64,000 nucleotides of DNA from Sminthopsis crassicaudata. Taxonomy: Eukaryota. The stretch covers positions 177,754,001-177,818,000 of the forward strand of contig NC_133622.1 in NCBI RefSeq assembly GCF_048593235.1. The letters run 5' to 3'. The notes under the pieces were generated by a model. That model saw only the letters and a program-made list of their open reading frames with translations, ran no database searches and was not told the origin of the DNA. Positions 35,401-48,479 of this stretch are shown one piece after another; the first letter of the stretch is position 1; every line of letters starts with the position of its first letter. A program made the translations under genes and the position numbers.

Positions 35401-36389
35401 TTGCAAGCATCATCATCAAAGAAGGAGGAAATCTACATATCCCCAGTGTTAGGAAATCCTACTCTCCATACAATGGAATCATTTACTTTGTAATAAACCA
35501 AGTCACATCAAACAGAAAATCTCTGATGGGAAAAGGAGCTTTCATGCACCAAAAGGGAGAAAGGAAGACGGATAGCCTTGGTGTAGCCCTGATTTTCATA
35601 AAATATTAAAGGAAACACAAGACAATCACCAATGGCTCAGAGATGCTCCATAGAAGATTCAAAGAAGTCCATGAAGAGAAACTGCAGAGGCTGCTGGGAT
35701 GTGGATGGACTAAAACCCACACTAGGGGGAAAGAGAATCCCTTTTCAGAAGGTGGCATCACAGAGTCATCCAATCCATCCTAAGTCACATCACAATGAGT
35801 TTCAGGAAATATTGAAACCATGCTAGAAAGCAATCAAGTACCAAGAAATAATCACTTACCAGGCACTGTGTTCGATACTAGGGGAAAGAGGATGAAGATG
35901 AATAATACCTGGGCTCCAAGAATTTTCATTATATCTGGGCAAATCACACACACATAAACCACAAATCCAAAATAAGTAAACACAAACATATATTCAATAG
36001 GGTATTTTTATCTAATTAGGAGGAGCTGAATACACAAGTGAAGAGTTGGGGAGGTAGGTGAAGAGGCAGAGCAGAATTCAAAGGATTTATCCATACATTA
36101 GTTTTGTCATCCAAATCGACTGCTTCTTTAAAGGCAGATATTACCTCTTGTATGAGTCTATTGATCTTTGTATCTCCTATGATGCTTAGAACATTGTTGG
36201 CCACACAATGCTAGGCAGCATTCTATTCATTCTTGACTCTAGATAAAAGTGTCCTTTTCAGCAAAAAAGGAAGGAGGACAGGATAGGACTTAGGGCTTCT
36301 AAAGGACCAAAAGCTCAATGTTAGCAAATTTTAAAAATTTAATTCAAATAGCAAATTCAGTAATAGGCTGCCCCAAGAAAGAGAGAGAA

Positions 36390-37240
36390 GGAATTATCCT
36401 GTTATCCTCTGCTCAGATCAGACCACAATTCTAGAAGTGTGATTAGTTTTGCTATCATTTTTTTTAAAAAGGGAATGAGTAGAAGGATGTTCAGGAGTCA
36501 GCCAGAATGGGGAGATGATAATAAACTATGCCACCAAAGGACAGACTGGATAAGTTTGAGGTTTTTAGACTAGAGAAGAAAAGAAGGTAAAGGCATGAGA
36601 GGGGACTGCAGTTAACTGAAGGGTTCTCAAGTAGGATAGATTAGGTTTATTTTGCTTTTCTCTAGAGGATTTTTTTTGACATTTTGTTTTATTTTATTAA
36701 ATTAGATTATAGCTCATTACTGAGGGAAATTTTCTGTTCAGTTCTTTCAGTCCTGTTTGTAGTTGTTAAGCTACTATTTTTTCTATTTTTTGTTTTCTTG
36801 CATTTTTTGTTGTTGTTGTTGGTGTTTTGTTTTGTTTTTTTGCAGGGGGGATAAATACTGAAATGGTTTGTCATTTCCTTCTTTAGCTCATTTTACAGAT
36901 GAGAAACTGATACAAACAGGATTAAGTGATTTGCCCACAGTCACACAGCTAGCATCTGAAGCTGAATCTTCCTGACTCCAAGCCTGACATTCACCTAGCT
37001 GCCCCTATACTGGGGAAGAGAAGAGTAAGACAAAAACACAAGAAAACAAAAACATAGTAGCTTAACAACTACAATTGCTCAAAATAGAAAAAAGCTTTCT
37101 TGAGAACTGAATAATCTCCCCTTACTAGATATCTTTAAGTAGAGGCATATTTTTCTATGAAGCCATAGATAGGGTTGATGCTATAGGCAGGTATGAAAAA
37201 ATACCTCTGAGACCCCTTCCATCTCTGGTATCCCATGATT
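36390..37240 (+). mobile_element. L3/CR1 3' fragment split by a SINE
   Basis: ctctgctcagatcagaccaca...ctagagaagaaaaga and tail cctctgagaccccttccatctctggtatcccatgattc. Confidence 0.6.
36810..37005 (-). mobile_element. MAR1-type SINE
   Basis: tactgaaatggtttgtcatttccttctttagctcattttacagatgagaaactga...cacctagctgcccc. Confidence 0.8.
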
Positions 37241-37814
37241 CTTGCTCACTTCCTAATTAATCAGTTCAAGGAATACTGTGTTTTGAGATCTTTTCACTCA
37301 AACCCATGTATGGTGTGAATATTAAGGGAGCAGAGAATCTGATAGGAGGAGGTACAATGGAAGGAGAATTGGCGCTGAGGTCAGATTGCCTGGGTTTATG
37401 TCTCTGTCTCTGATACTTAGTACTTATGTGACACTGGACAAGCCAATTCACTCACATCCTTGGATCTCAGTTTCCTCATCTGTAAAATAAAGAAGTTGAT
37501 CCAAACAGCTTCTGATTCTATAATCATTTTCCCTTCTTGGCCATGTCTCAATTTGGATAGTGTCCATTTTGCTCTGTGATAGTGTATCCAATGCTGAGTG
37601 AGTGAATGTCTTTGACTTTCCTTCTCCAAAAGGATGATCAATGTTGTCTGGTACATTGTATTCTTCATGAGGCCTCTGCCATTTTTACGCAAGATCCCGG
37701 AAAAGGTGTGAGAGCAGTAGATATGAAAATGTCTCCAATTGGGGGTGTCCAATGTTGAGGAGTTATCTATCTTACTGAGGTGGCAGAAGGAAGAAGAGGA
37801 ATTTATTTTATTAG

Positions 37815-38366
37815 TGTTATGCCACAATTCTCTTTTATTGTCCTGACTCAGTTTCCCTAATTATCCTGATCCAGTCATGCCTTGTTCTGCTTCAGTTTAT
37901 AATTGTCTGCTCAATCCTGCAAAGCCTCCCCTCCCTCTTTATCAGAATATTTGATAAGGATAAATGATCTTATGTTTTAGAATATCAGAATGCCTCTCCC
38001 CATCCCAAGTTATCGAACTGTCAAATACCATCTTGTCAAGATGCCTCTCCCCATCTCTGGGATTTCTCCCCCCATTAGGTCATTTCATCTCCTATGTCAT
38101 CCCATCTCACCACACTCTGTCAGAGACTCATTCTTGCTTTCAGCACCCTGACTCCACCCCTGCCTTAGTCTATCCCCGAGTCTGAGCCATGTGTACATAT
38201 ATGTCATTGAAAACTCACATTATTGGCTGGATTCTTGGAGATGATAGTCTCATTCAGCCTTGAGACCAAACCATAGATCCATTTGGTCCCAGTAAACCTC
38301 TCCCTTTTAAATAAATTATTAAATACTCTCTAATCTCTATCTTGCCTCAGTTTCTCCAGCATTACA
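37815..38366 (+). mobile_element. Solo LTR (552 bp) with 5-bp TSD
   Basis: TGTTATGC...GCATTACA termini (7/8 inverted match); TSD ATTAG at 37810-37814 and 38367-38371; AATAAA at 38310-38315; internal direct repeat atgcctctccccatc. Confidence 0.88.
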
Positions 38367-38779
38367 ATTAGGAACCTCTTCATCATTCTCTTAGTCTATG
38401 AGTATGACTACTTGTCAGACCCATAGGATTTTGGAGCAGGAGGGGACTTTAGAAATCATAAATTGTTTTCCAACACGAGAGGTTCCAATTTTGTACATAG
38501 GGAAACTGAGGCACAGATGTAACTTGTTCAAAGTTACACACACAAGCCTAGGAATTAAAGCTAAAAAATATCTGAAAGATCCTTTATTCTGATCCCCTCA
38601 TTATACAAGACACTGAAGTTCCAAGAGGGAAATGATTTATCCAATGTCACAAAACAAGAGTCACATCTAGAGGTAAGAGAGGTGGCATGTGGAGGTAGAG
38701 AGTATCTGATTTTTATCATCAAGTCATTTTAAAAACCAGCATGCTCATCTTTATGTCCTTCCGTCTGGATGACAAGATT

Positions 38780-38936
38780 GTATGTGCATGTGTGTGCATG
38801 GTGCATGTGTATGTATATATTCACATTTGCATGTTTGTTTATAAATTTCTTACTTATATATTCAAATATAAGTATATAATTAATGTTCATATATATGTAT
38901 GTGTGTGTGTTGTATTGTGTCGCATGCATTTATACA

Positions 38937-38968
<32 letters not shown>
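38780..38968. repeat. TG/TA-rich low-complexity region ending in (TG)n
   Basis: Read directly. Confidence 0.85.
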
Positions 38969-38969
<1 letters not shown>

Positions 38970-40319
38970 CTCTGCTTGTTTGATCTCACCACTTCTAATC
39001 TTTAGTTGAAAAAGGCAGATAGTAGCCACTCCTCCATTTGGACTCTTGTTTAATCACTGGTAGAGAAATCAAGGGTTAGTTTGAAAAAATCAATAATCTT
39101 TATCAAGATTACCAAGACTAAAGCCTTTTATTCAGGGGGTAGGGGGAGATTTAACATAGGTAAAGTGCCTTGAAAAGTTCCAAGCAGTATATAATTGTTG
39201 GGTGTGGCTATGACTATGATTACCATTACTGTATTTTCAGTCAAACAACCATCTTGATGCTCACATACCTGTGCCAACATAGTAACACACCCCAGCAGGT
39301 ATGAGGCTGAGGATGTCTTATTATTACAGGGACAAAGCAGGCAGGACCTTTGAGGTCAGTTGGGGTCTGTGAAGGGAAGGAAGGACAATCCAAGAAGGCA
39401 TCTTGCCTTATATGACCACCCTTTAAATGCATCAAAATTGAACAAGAATGAGATACTAGAATAGGCTTCTATTTGATAAGTATTTGTGGACAAAAGAACA
39501 TGATAGGTATTAATTTATTTCAAGTTAGGGTTTCATGGACTACCATTTATATCTATTAAACAAATTGTTTATTTTGAAAATGATTTGGGAACTAGCTTGA
39601 TGAGAAGCAAAAGATATGTGTGTGGGGGAGTGTTGGGGGGGGCGCTGCATATTTGTGTACATGTACTACACACAGAATTGGTATACAAATTGCTCAGGTC
39701 CAATGTTCCAGAGAAGATATTCTTGAATAGTAAGTGTGGGTGTGTTTCCTCTCTGTGATTTCTTGGTTCTATTCCCAATAACAAGAACACTCTGTAGGTC
39801 TCTCTGGATTTAAAACAATTACCTTGTCTTTGCCAGAGTGAAGGGTGACACAGCAATTTGTCTTTGGCAGTGACATAATTAATTAAGAGAATTCTAAAGC
39901 TGCCATCCGTTAACGTCTGAAGACTTTTGAAACATAGATGGAAATTTCAAAGCTAGTTTTCAGTAGGCGTTTTCATTTCAAAATTTTTGATCAAAAAACA
40001 AAAAGGAATAAGTTTAGCAGTACCCCGCCCCGTCATAGATAGCCTGAAATTCAGTAGCTTCATTAACAACCCCCCAACCATTTCCACAAGGTTCCCAAGA
40101 AATAAGGTATTCAAGAAGTAACACAAAAGAAATTAACTTCATGGAACATGAAGCTACCACTTAGTGGCATTCACTCTCACAAGATCTTATCCTTCTGTGG
40201 GCTCCAGTCTCCTCTTCTGTACAAGCAGAGGATGATCATTTCTATATGTGTGAAATTATCATAATTTTCAAAGATTCATCTCCTTCCCTCCCTTTATTTG
40301 CCTTTGAAAAGGAATCACA

Positions 40320-40505
40320 TGGGTTCAATTCCTGCTTACTAATAGTTTGACCCAGGTCAAGTCACATCCCTATTTGCCTCAATTTCCTCATCTGTAAAAT
40401 GAGCTGGAGAAGAAAATGACAAACCGTTCCATTGTCTTTGCCAAGAAAACCCCACATGAAGTCATGAAGATCTGGACATGAATGAAATGATGCAGCAAGA
40501 ATAAC
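40320..40505 (+). mobile_element. MAR1-type SINE
   Basis: tttcctcatctgtaaaatgagctggagaagaaaatgacaaacc...ttgccaagaaaacccc. Confidence 0.8.
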
Positions 40506-41539
40506 TTTTATTAACTGTGTGATTTTTTTCTCTACCTAGATTCTTCTCCATAAAAAAATAAGCATTTTGGGTCAGATGATTTCCAATGTCCATTCTCACT
40601 AGTTCAGATATTTTAAAATGTCTCCCTGGAGTTCTTTCTCCTCTGGGATATGATCTTATTAGTCACAGTATAATCTGTGAATCACGGTGAGGTCTGATTA
40701 GTGCAAATGAATTTCCCTGAAGTGATAGTATTATTTGAATTGGCACTGTATATTTCCACTGGGCTGGGAGCTGATGACTATGTTTTACTAACTATAATTT
40801 CCAAATAATGTGGATTCAAATACATGGAAATACTTCAAGGGTTTCACTATTCACACAAACAGGAGCTGGCCGTGTCTGAAAATGTGGACTAAAGAATGGG
40901 TGAAGAACAGAGCACATCTCATAAAGTCAAGGCTGGACACAATCCGACTGTACCAATTAAATGCAAACAAAGCTTAACTGCATACCACTTTAAAAACAGA
41001 AACACTATAATCACAGATGAAAGGAACAATTGGAGCAGAAAAACTACTTGATGGTAGTAGAGGGGGATGGGTACAAGAAATATGAAGGTGGAATCAAAAA
41101 GATTTAACAATTGATTGATAGGCTATGGGAAACAGAAAAGTTAAGGATGAACCTAGTGCTCAGAAGGAGGAAACACAAGTAATTTGTTCTGGAGACGGGG
41201 AATGTTTTTTGTGTAGGGAGCTTTTTTGAACCTTTGACTTTTACTGTTATTGAGTGATTAAATATATTACATCAAGAATAAAGATTCCCACAATGTAACC
41301 TCATAACTTGATTACAGTGGGGACTTGGACACCTAAGAGAAACTCCACCATTACAGAGTACTCTTTACAGGTCTCTTGCCTGGGTCCTGTACATGTGGCA
41401 TTTTGTTTCCTAGGTTTAGTTTCAAAACCTGATACTCTTTCATGACTGGTCAACTGGTTAGATTTCTAAGTGATATAAATAAGGGGGAGTGAGTAATTCT
41501 TTGATTAATGAATTCTTTAAGTACAGAAGGCTGAAAGTC

Positions 41540-42420
41540 ATTTGTCAAGGAATTAATGGTCAAAAGATTTGAACAAACAGTTTTCAAATGAGAAATCACA
41601 AACTAATAACAACCATATGAATGGTTATTCCAAGTTATTAATAATAAGAAAAATGTAAATCAAAACCTTAATATTTCACCTTAACACCAACAAATAGGCA
41701 CAAATGGACAAAAGATGGGAATAGCACTGTTAGAAATAGCACTGTGGACAGTCCAGGTAAATATTGGTTGAGCTATGAAATGATCAAATATTTGTGGAAA
41801 ACAACATGTAAACATTAAAAATAAGTAAAATGTCTTCCAGTGATAGAAATATAATCAAAAAGTTCAAAGAATGAAAGGAAGGTCCCATAAAGAAGAAAAT
41901 AGCCATTACAATATTTTGTGGTAATAATAAACAGGAAACAAAGTAGAACCTATTGCCTGAATGATGGCTCAGCCAATTGTTTTACTTGAATGGAACAATC
42001 ATATTCCACCATTAAGAAATGCTTGACACATATGAAAATGTTTATATGAACTGTTGCAAAATTAAATAACAGAAAGAATACAATGTACATACTTCATAAT
42101 CACTGTAGCAATGTGAATAGAAACAATAGCTATACCAAAATAAACAAATCCTGAACATTTATAATAGAAGATTAGAGAAAATGGAATTCTGCAAACTTTA
42201 TATCAGAGACAAGAGTCTATGAGTAGAGAATATTATATATACTGTCAGACAGGGTAAATATGTTGATTATCTGAGTAGTATTTTTTTTCTTTCTTTTAAA
42301 ATCTTAAATCAAACAGTGGCTAAATAAGTAGGAGGGGGTAAAGGGACACATTCATAATTGAATGTTATAAAAACAAAGACAGTAATAGCAAGATAATCTA
42401 TGATAAAGAGGATATTATAT
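41540..42420 (+). mobile_element. Old L1 ORF2 C-terminus and 3'UTR
   Basis: caaaagatttgaacaaacagttttcaaatgagaaatc...ggaaaacaacatg...gagtctatgagtagagaatattat. Confidence 0.7.
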
Positions 42421-43257
42421 CATGTTTATATTTAGAGCTATTGCATTTATCCAGCTTAGTTGGCCTAACTATTCTGCGTATCACCTATCTCTATCTATCT
42501 ATCATCTCTATCTATCTGTCTGTCTCTTCCAGGTCAGGATACCAGCTTCATTCTTCTAGACTAAATGGAAATGAAGCTTGGATTGCTTCTGACCTTCTGA
42601 TCCTGGGAATACTCTGCAAACAGACACAAATCCCCGGAAGTAAAGCCTGTAATTTGATGAGTGAGCTTTTTTCCCTGCTGTATTTCTCAAACATTGACCA
42701 GCCATCCAGTCATACACCCACAGACATTTTATAAAGGTATTACATATTTATGATCCAGCACAAAGACCCTCTAAAAGCATCTGTGTTTAACTAAATCATG
42801 TCACTGACAGCGAGAAGCCTGCAGGGCAATTTAGCCTCCTAGGGAAAGTGTGTTTACACATCACTTGTGATACAGTGGCTTTCAAATAGTCACAGACTCT
42901 CCCACCTCAGCCCCTCCCCCTACCTTCCCCATCTCCCCAGAAAGAAAAGGAAAATAATTCTCTCGATGTCTTTTAGGGTTTTGTCATGAACTGTGGACAG
43001 TTGAGTCACAAAGATTTCTCACAAGGCTCTCTATTGTTGTCATTCCTGGTATATGAACTGAATTGTATGATCCCCATCTTAGGGTCATACATTCAAAAGC
43101 CAAAAGGACCTCAGAAGTCATCTAACCCAAACCCTATATTTTTCAGATAAGGAAACTGAGACAGAGAGGTGAAATGACTTGTCTAAAGTCACAAAGGTGG
43201 CAACCAGGCTTCAAGGCCAGATCTTCTGACCTCAAATCCATTATATCAGGGATGCTT

Positions 43258-43400
43258 NNNNNNNNNNNNNNNNNNNNNNNNNNNNNNNNNNNNNNNNNNN
43301 NNNNNNNNNNNNNNNNNNNNNNNNNNNNNNNNNNNNNNNNNNNNNNNNNNNNNNNNNNNNNNNNNNNNNNNNNNNNNNNNNNNNNNNNNNNNNNNNNNNA
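43258..43400. other. Assembly gap (N)
   Basis: N run. Confidence 1.
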
Positions 43401-43601
43401 ACCTATGAACTGTTTAATAAAACTGCTACATAGAAAACTTACAAAGGAAATCAATTCTATTGAAATAAACATTTTTTTCCACATTCAAATCTTAGGACTC
43501 TTGGAAAGTTGATGACAGATCAAGTTGATCACCTATTCTAAAGGCAGAGTTAATAATGTACCAACCATTTCACCCAAATGTCTTGTTCAAACCCTGAAAG
43601 G

Positions 43602-43634
<33 letters not shown>

Positions 43635-44309
43635 GAGATGGAAGTAGAGGAAAGAAAGGCCCCTAGGGCCAAATTCTTATCCATTTCTATCCATAACAGA
43701 CAGTGAACTGAAAAAAAATGATAGAAAAGAGGTTTGCAAGAACATTGTGAGCTGCCCCATTCAGAGGCTGATTTCTGTGGTTTTCTTGAGAGTAGTTTAA
43801 ATGTTCTGAGACTTTTCATATACACAGCAACAAGAAGATCAAACTTTTCCAAGAGGAGTAGACACTCATAGACATAGGCTACTCAAACATTCAAATATGT
43901 CTCTGTGTTCCTCCAGACGCTGAGGTTTTTAAAAAAGGAACAAAATATTCATAACCATGAGACTGCAAAGGGATGCAAAGCCAATGGGTTGTTATTAAGA
44001 CTGTGTTTATTTTTTCCCTTTCATCAAAATGTAAATAGTTTGGGTTGATGGTTAGATGTGGGACAATGTCCCTGAGTGTACTCGTTTGTTCATTTGTGTT
44101 TATTATGATTAGTATGAGGATAACTGAAAATCACTTTGATATTTCCAAGATCTGTGATTCTCTCAGTGATAGCAATATGTCCTTTGACGCAGCTCATGGC
44201 CAACCTCACCCTGATGGCTCTCATGTTCCTGGATTACTACAGCCAGAAAACATCAGGGGGTCAGTGTTTGGGACATAGACAGTGTTTTGATTAGTTACAA
44301 AAGAAACAA

Positions 44310-44567
44310 AGAGCGGAGGAACAGAGGGAGAAGTGAGGAAAAGAAAGAGAAAGAAAGGAGAAGGGAAGAAGAAAGGAGAAGAGAGAAGGAAGAGAGGGAG
44401 GAGAGGGGAGGAAAGAAGAGAGGGGAGAAGGAGGGAAGGAAGGAGAGAAGTAAAGGATAGAAAGAGAGGGAAGTGGGAGGAAAAGAGGGAGGGAGAGAGG
44501 AAGAAAACGAGGAGGGATAGAGGAAGGGAAGGAAGAGGGGAGGGGAGGAGGGAAGAAGGAAGGAAGA
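44310..44567 (+). repeat. Polypurine (G/A) low-complexity tract
   Basis: Uninterrupted purines at 44335-44450 (116 nt). Confidence 0.9.
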
Positions 44568-44654
44568 TTCAACTGCTCTCCACCCTTTCAGAAAAAAAAT
44601 AACAGACATCCATTCTTGCATATTACAACTTTAAGATAAAGAAACGGGGGTGGG

Positions 44655-44870
44655 GGGGCTTGGAGTCAGGAAGACTCCTCTTCCAGATCTGAAACAATTG
44701 CTAGTTGTGTGACCCAGAGCAAGTCACTTAACCCTGTTTGCCTCAGTTCCTCATATATAAAATGAGCTGGAAAAGGAAATGGCAAACCACTCCAGTATCT
44801 TTGCCAAGAACATTCCAAAAGGGGTCATGAAGCATAAGACATGTCTGAAATGATTGAACAAAAAATAAAA
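44655..44870 (+). mobile_element. MAR1-type SINE
   Basis: gcaagtcacttaaccctgtttgcctcagttcctcat...ggaaatggcaaaccactccagtatctttgccaagaa. Confidence 0.85.
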
Positions 44871-47800
44871 ACCAGTGTTCCCTTCAATCTCAACCCTTGT
44901 ATTTGGAGTCAATAGTTGAGGACTCACTGGCAGGCTTACCAATTGCCTCTTCTGTTCTCCACACCCTTTTAATTCACCAATGAAACTTGTTGGTGAGAAA
45001 GACCCAGAAATTAACAGAGCTGCTGAGCCAAAGCAATATCCTATAAATTTAATAAACAACTGTTAAATAAATGAGCAACTTATGTATTGGGGTTGGACTT
45101 GATGTTTTCCAAGGCCTCTTTCCAGAACTAGAGGTATGATTCTGGGATCTGATGAAATCTTAACTTACAGCTGCATGTATTTCCCAAAGCAGCTTTAGAA
45201 GGCAATATTTTCATCCTATGCCTATTTTCCCACACTGAAAGTCAACCTGTCATAATCTAAATTCAATTCTTAAAACAAACAAACAAACAAAAAAAACACA
45301 ACCAAACAAATAACCTTCAAAGCCTTGATATGCCCATCAATGAGCTAGGTGCTTGGGATATAAGGAGAACAAAGACATAATCCCTATCCTCAAGAAGCTT
45401 ACATTCATCCTATATGGCCTCACTTTGGCCATGTAGAAACCAAGCCATCTTCATACTCCAGGTCTTCATGATGAAACCCAGAGGTTTTGTTGGTTTGTTT
45501 GTTTGTTTTGGTGTTTTCATTCACTGTGAGTGATGCTGAGGGAATGTGACTTCATGGACAGAGAAGTAGCATCAGACTCTAGATTCATTTCCTAACTCTG
45601 GAACGGACTGTGTGACTTTCGACAAGTACTGCCCATCCTTAGATTTATAGAATGCTATGAGAAGAAATCTGGATGAGTCAGAGGAACTGATTTAAATCCT
45701 GGATCTGTTCTTTACTCCCTATGGGATACTGATTCTCTCTGGGCCCTAGTTTCCTTAGTTACTGACAGTCATAAAATACAAAGATTAGATTAGATGATTT
45801 TATGATCTACTAAGTTATAGACAGATGTGATGTCCCTTAATGGTGGGATTTCATGCCTCTCCAGGTACCCACGGTGAAAAAAATCACAAATTCTATGAGT
45901 ATTGGAATAAAAAACCCGCATAAAATAGGTCTGTTACCTAACTAAAGGTGACAAGGAAAGCAAGCAGAGCTGACCAAAAACACATGTGCATCAAGATAAT
46001 TTCTTATTTCTTTTTAAAATTTCTAATCCAAAGCTAAATGAAGGATAGTGTCATCCTAGCACTTGGAAATTTTGTACATTTACAGCAAATTTAAAAGATT
46101 TGACTGCAAGGAACTGTACAGGTCCCAAAATCAAGCCAATACTGCAATGCTCATTGGTTTTCTGCCCAATTGGCTTTTTAATTTAAAATTTGCAATGGAA
46201 GCCTCTTCCAGAGCTTTCTTGCTTTCAATCTAACTATAAGATCCCACCAAGACTTGGGAGTGGTGAATTACATAATTGAAGGTGCCAGTGAGGATTTCCA
46301 GAGTCAAAAGGATATGAGGCAATGTGAAGGCACACGCTGTTTGTGAGTGACAACATTTCTACCAGGTTGACAATGCAGGGAAAATAGGATTAGCTTTGCC
46401 CATCAGGAAATGCTGCTAGCTGCATGTCTTGAAAATAAATGTATCAGTATCTGAAGTCCATACCCCTTTTCTCCCTAACCTACCTATGGACACTGGAGAA
46501 ACCAGTTGTAAAAATGTTTTCTTCTGATAAGCTTTTGTTTTGAGTAGTGATAAAAGAAGAATACCAAGACTTTAGGACCAGCTGGGGCCATGTTAAGGCA
46601 AAAGTCTTTTGGAGGTTTTGGACAATCAGAGGCAGAAAAACATCGAGCATCTGTTTCTCATCTTGGTTACCATTCATCCCTAGCTCTACAATAGGAAAAT
46701 TGAAAGAGAACAGACAAGTGTACCTACTGTGTTTACCTCCTCAGTCACCAATGCTACAGTGATGAAAATAAAACAGTTCTTAATATCACAAAACTATTTA
46801 GCAAGATCAAAAGACTAAGAATGAGGTGATCAAAACAGGCTTTCCAAAGATGGTCAAGTCCAGTGTTGAGTTATCCTAACTTATAAGATCTCTAAAACTC
46901 ATTTCAGTTCTAAACTTGATATCTTATGTAGGCATTTTGGTGTGGCAAAATTTGTCCTCAGGGCTTCCTCCCTCTTGCCTCATCCCTGACTTTAGTCCCA
47001 CCAGCTTGAAGAGCTATAGATAAATATGTGTTCCTGGGGGCTGTTGCTGACAAACTGCTCTGGATTGTGTAGTCTTTATCCTGGACACACCTCTGCTCTA
47101 CACCTAGAGAAAATAGGACCATTATGTCCTATTCTGCTATTTAGGACCTATGTGATCTTTAACACATGACAAATATGAAACCCTAAATTCATGACTGCTA
47201 AATCTCATCATATCAAATTCTCTCCATATTTTAATTCTTTTAGGGGCTCAATTGTGTGTTGTAATGAATTATTACTCTCTTGGGGCTTTATGTCTTTGTC
47301 TACATTTACTACCAATGAACGTCTTTAAATCACTGAAAAAAAAATTAAGCACAAATATTAAGCAAAGGGGGGAAAAGGTGTAATTGTAAATCAGAAGACT
47401 TGGGTTCAAATCATCTATAAGTAGTTCTGATACTTAAAGTCTCTGTGATATTGGGTAAATGAATTGACATATCTGGGCCTCTATAAGATAGTAGGTGGAT
47501 TAGGTGGGCTCCAAGATCCCTTGCTTTTATGAAATATGATCTTATGATTCAATCTGCTGGAAGTTGGTCAGGAACAAAAAGCAAGAATACCTGCCTAAAG
47601 GTGAAACTCTTCCTTCCTGTTGGACAATTCAGATTACATATGTATAATGTTTGGGCTAGCTTTCTAGAGGTCCTCTGGACAGGCCTTGGTCTCAGCAGGA
47701 TAAGTACCATGAAAATGCTCAAGAATAAAGTCTAGATTCTTTATTCTGGCCCAGTCTTGATCTTAATACAGGAGGCATGAGAGCCACCATGAGGCTGGTC

Positions 47801-48479
47801 AAAGATAGAATGTCTTTCTTCCAGTACTTCTTAGCCCTTATATACCTTATTGTAATTATATCATTACAGAATACTGATTAGGTGTGAACTGAGAACCATT
47901 ATATTACCATGCTAAGTACTAAGTATATATGTGAACTCGAGAACCATTATCTCATCAATTCCACTAAGTTAACACCTTATTTCAAGTATACTTCTCCAGA
48001 GTTTTGGGCTCTCTACATATATGCTTTTCTTTATTTAGGTGACAGCTGTTTTCTATACAATATTTCTGAACTCCCTCACATTGACTCTACAGTCTCATCT
48101 ATCCACTGTTTCTAGGTCGCATATAGTTCATCAAACCCTGGGGACATGAAATGCTAGAAAAATTTGTGTACTCTTGTTTCTACAGTCCCTCCTCAAATTC
48201 ACTTCTCATTCTTTGGGAATATGACTTTGTATCACTCATTTGATGTTGTTCTCTTAATCTCTTAATTGGCCTATCTTCTCAAGCTTCATTCTGTTGGACT
48301 CCTCTAAATCATCTGATATTAGTGACTACCCTCTTTTCTTAGACATCTTTCCTTTGGCTTACTGTGAGTCTGCCCACTCATGGTTCTTTCTCCCTGTCTG
48401 GCTATCATTCATAATCTCCATTTCTGTATACATACATATGTTTTGGTGCTGGCTATGAAATAGAGTGGTGGAATAGATT

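Noticed and set aside
37417-37827. 136-aa minus-strand ORF
   Set aside because: Starts inside the LTR end and finishes inside a MIR. I could not match the middle to any protein in any frame.
40815-40905. Acceptor-like ctttag followed by ...VCVNSE, reminiscent of the EGF exon (FCVNGGEC)
   Set aside because: Wrong side of the type III exon, wrong phase, lacks the EGF cysteine pattern and hits a stop.
47883-47950. CRISPR-like repeat-spacer-repeat
   Set aside because: Only two units in a mammalian intron, with no cas context.
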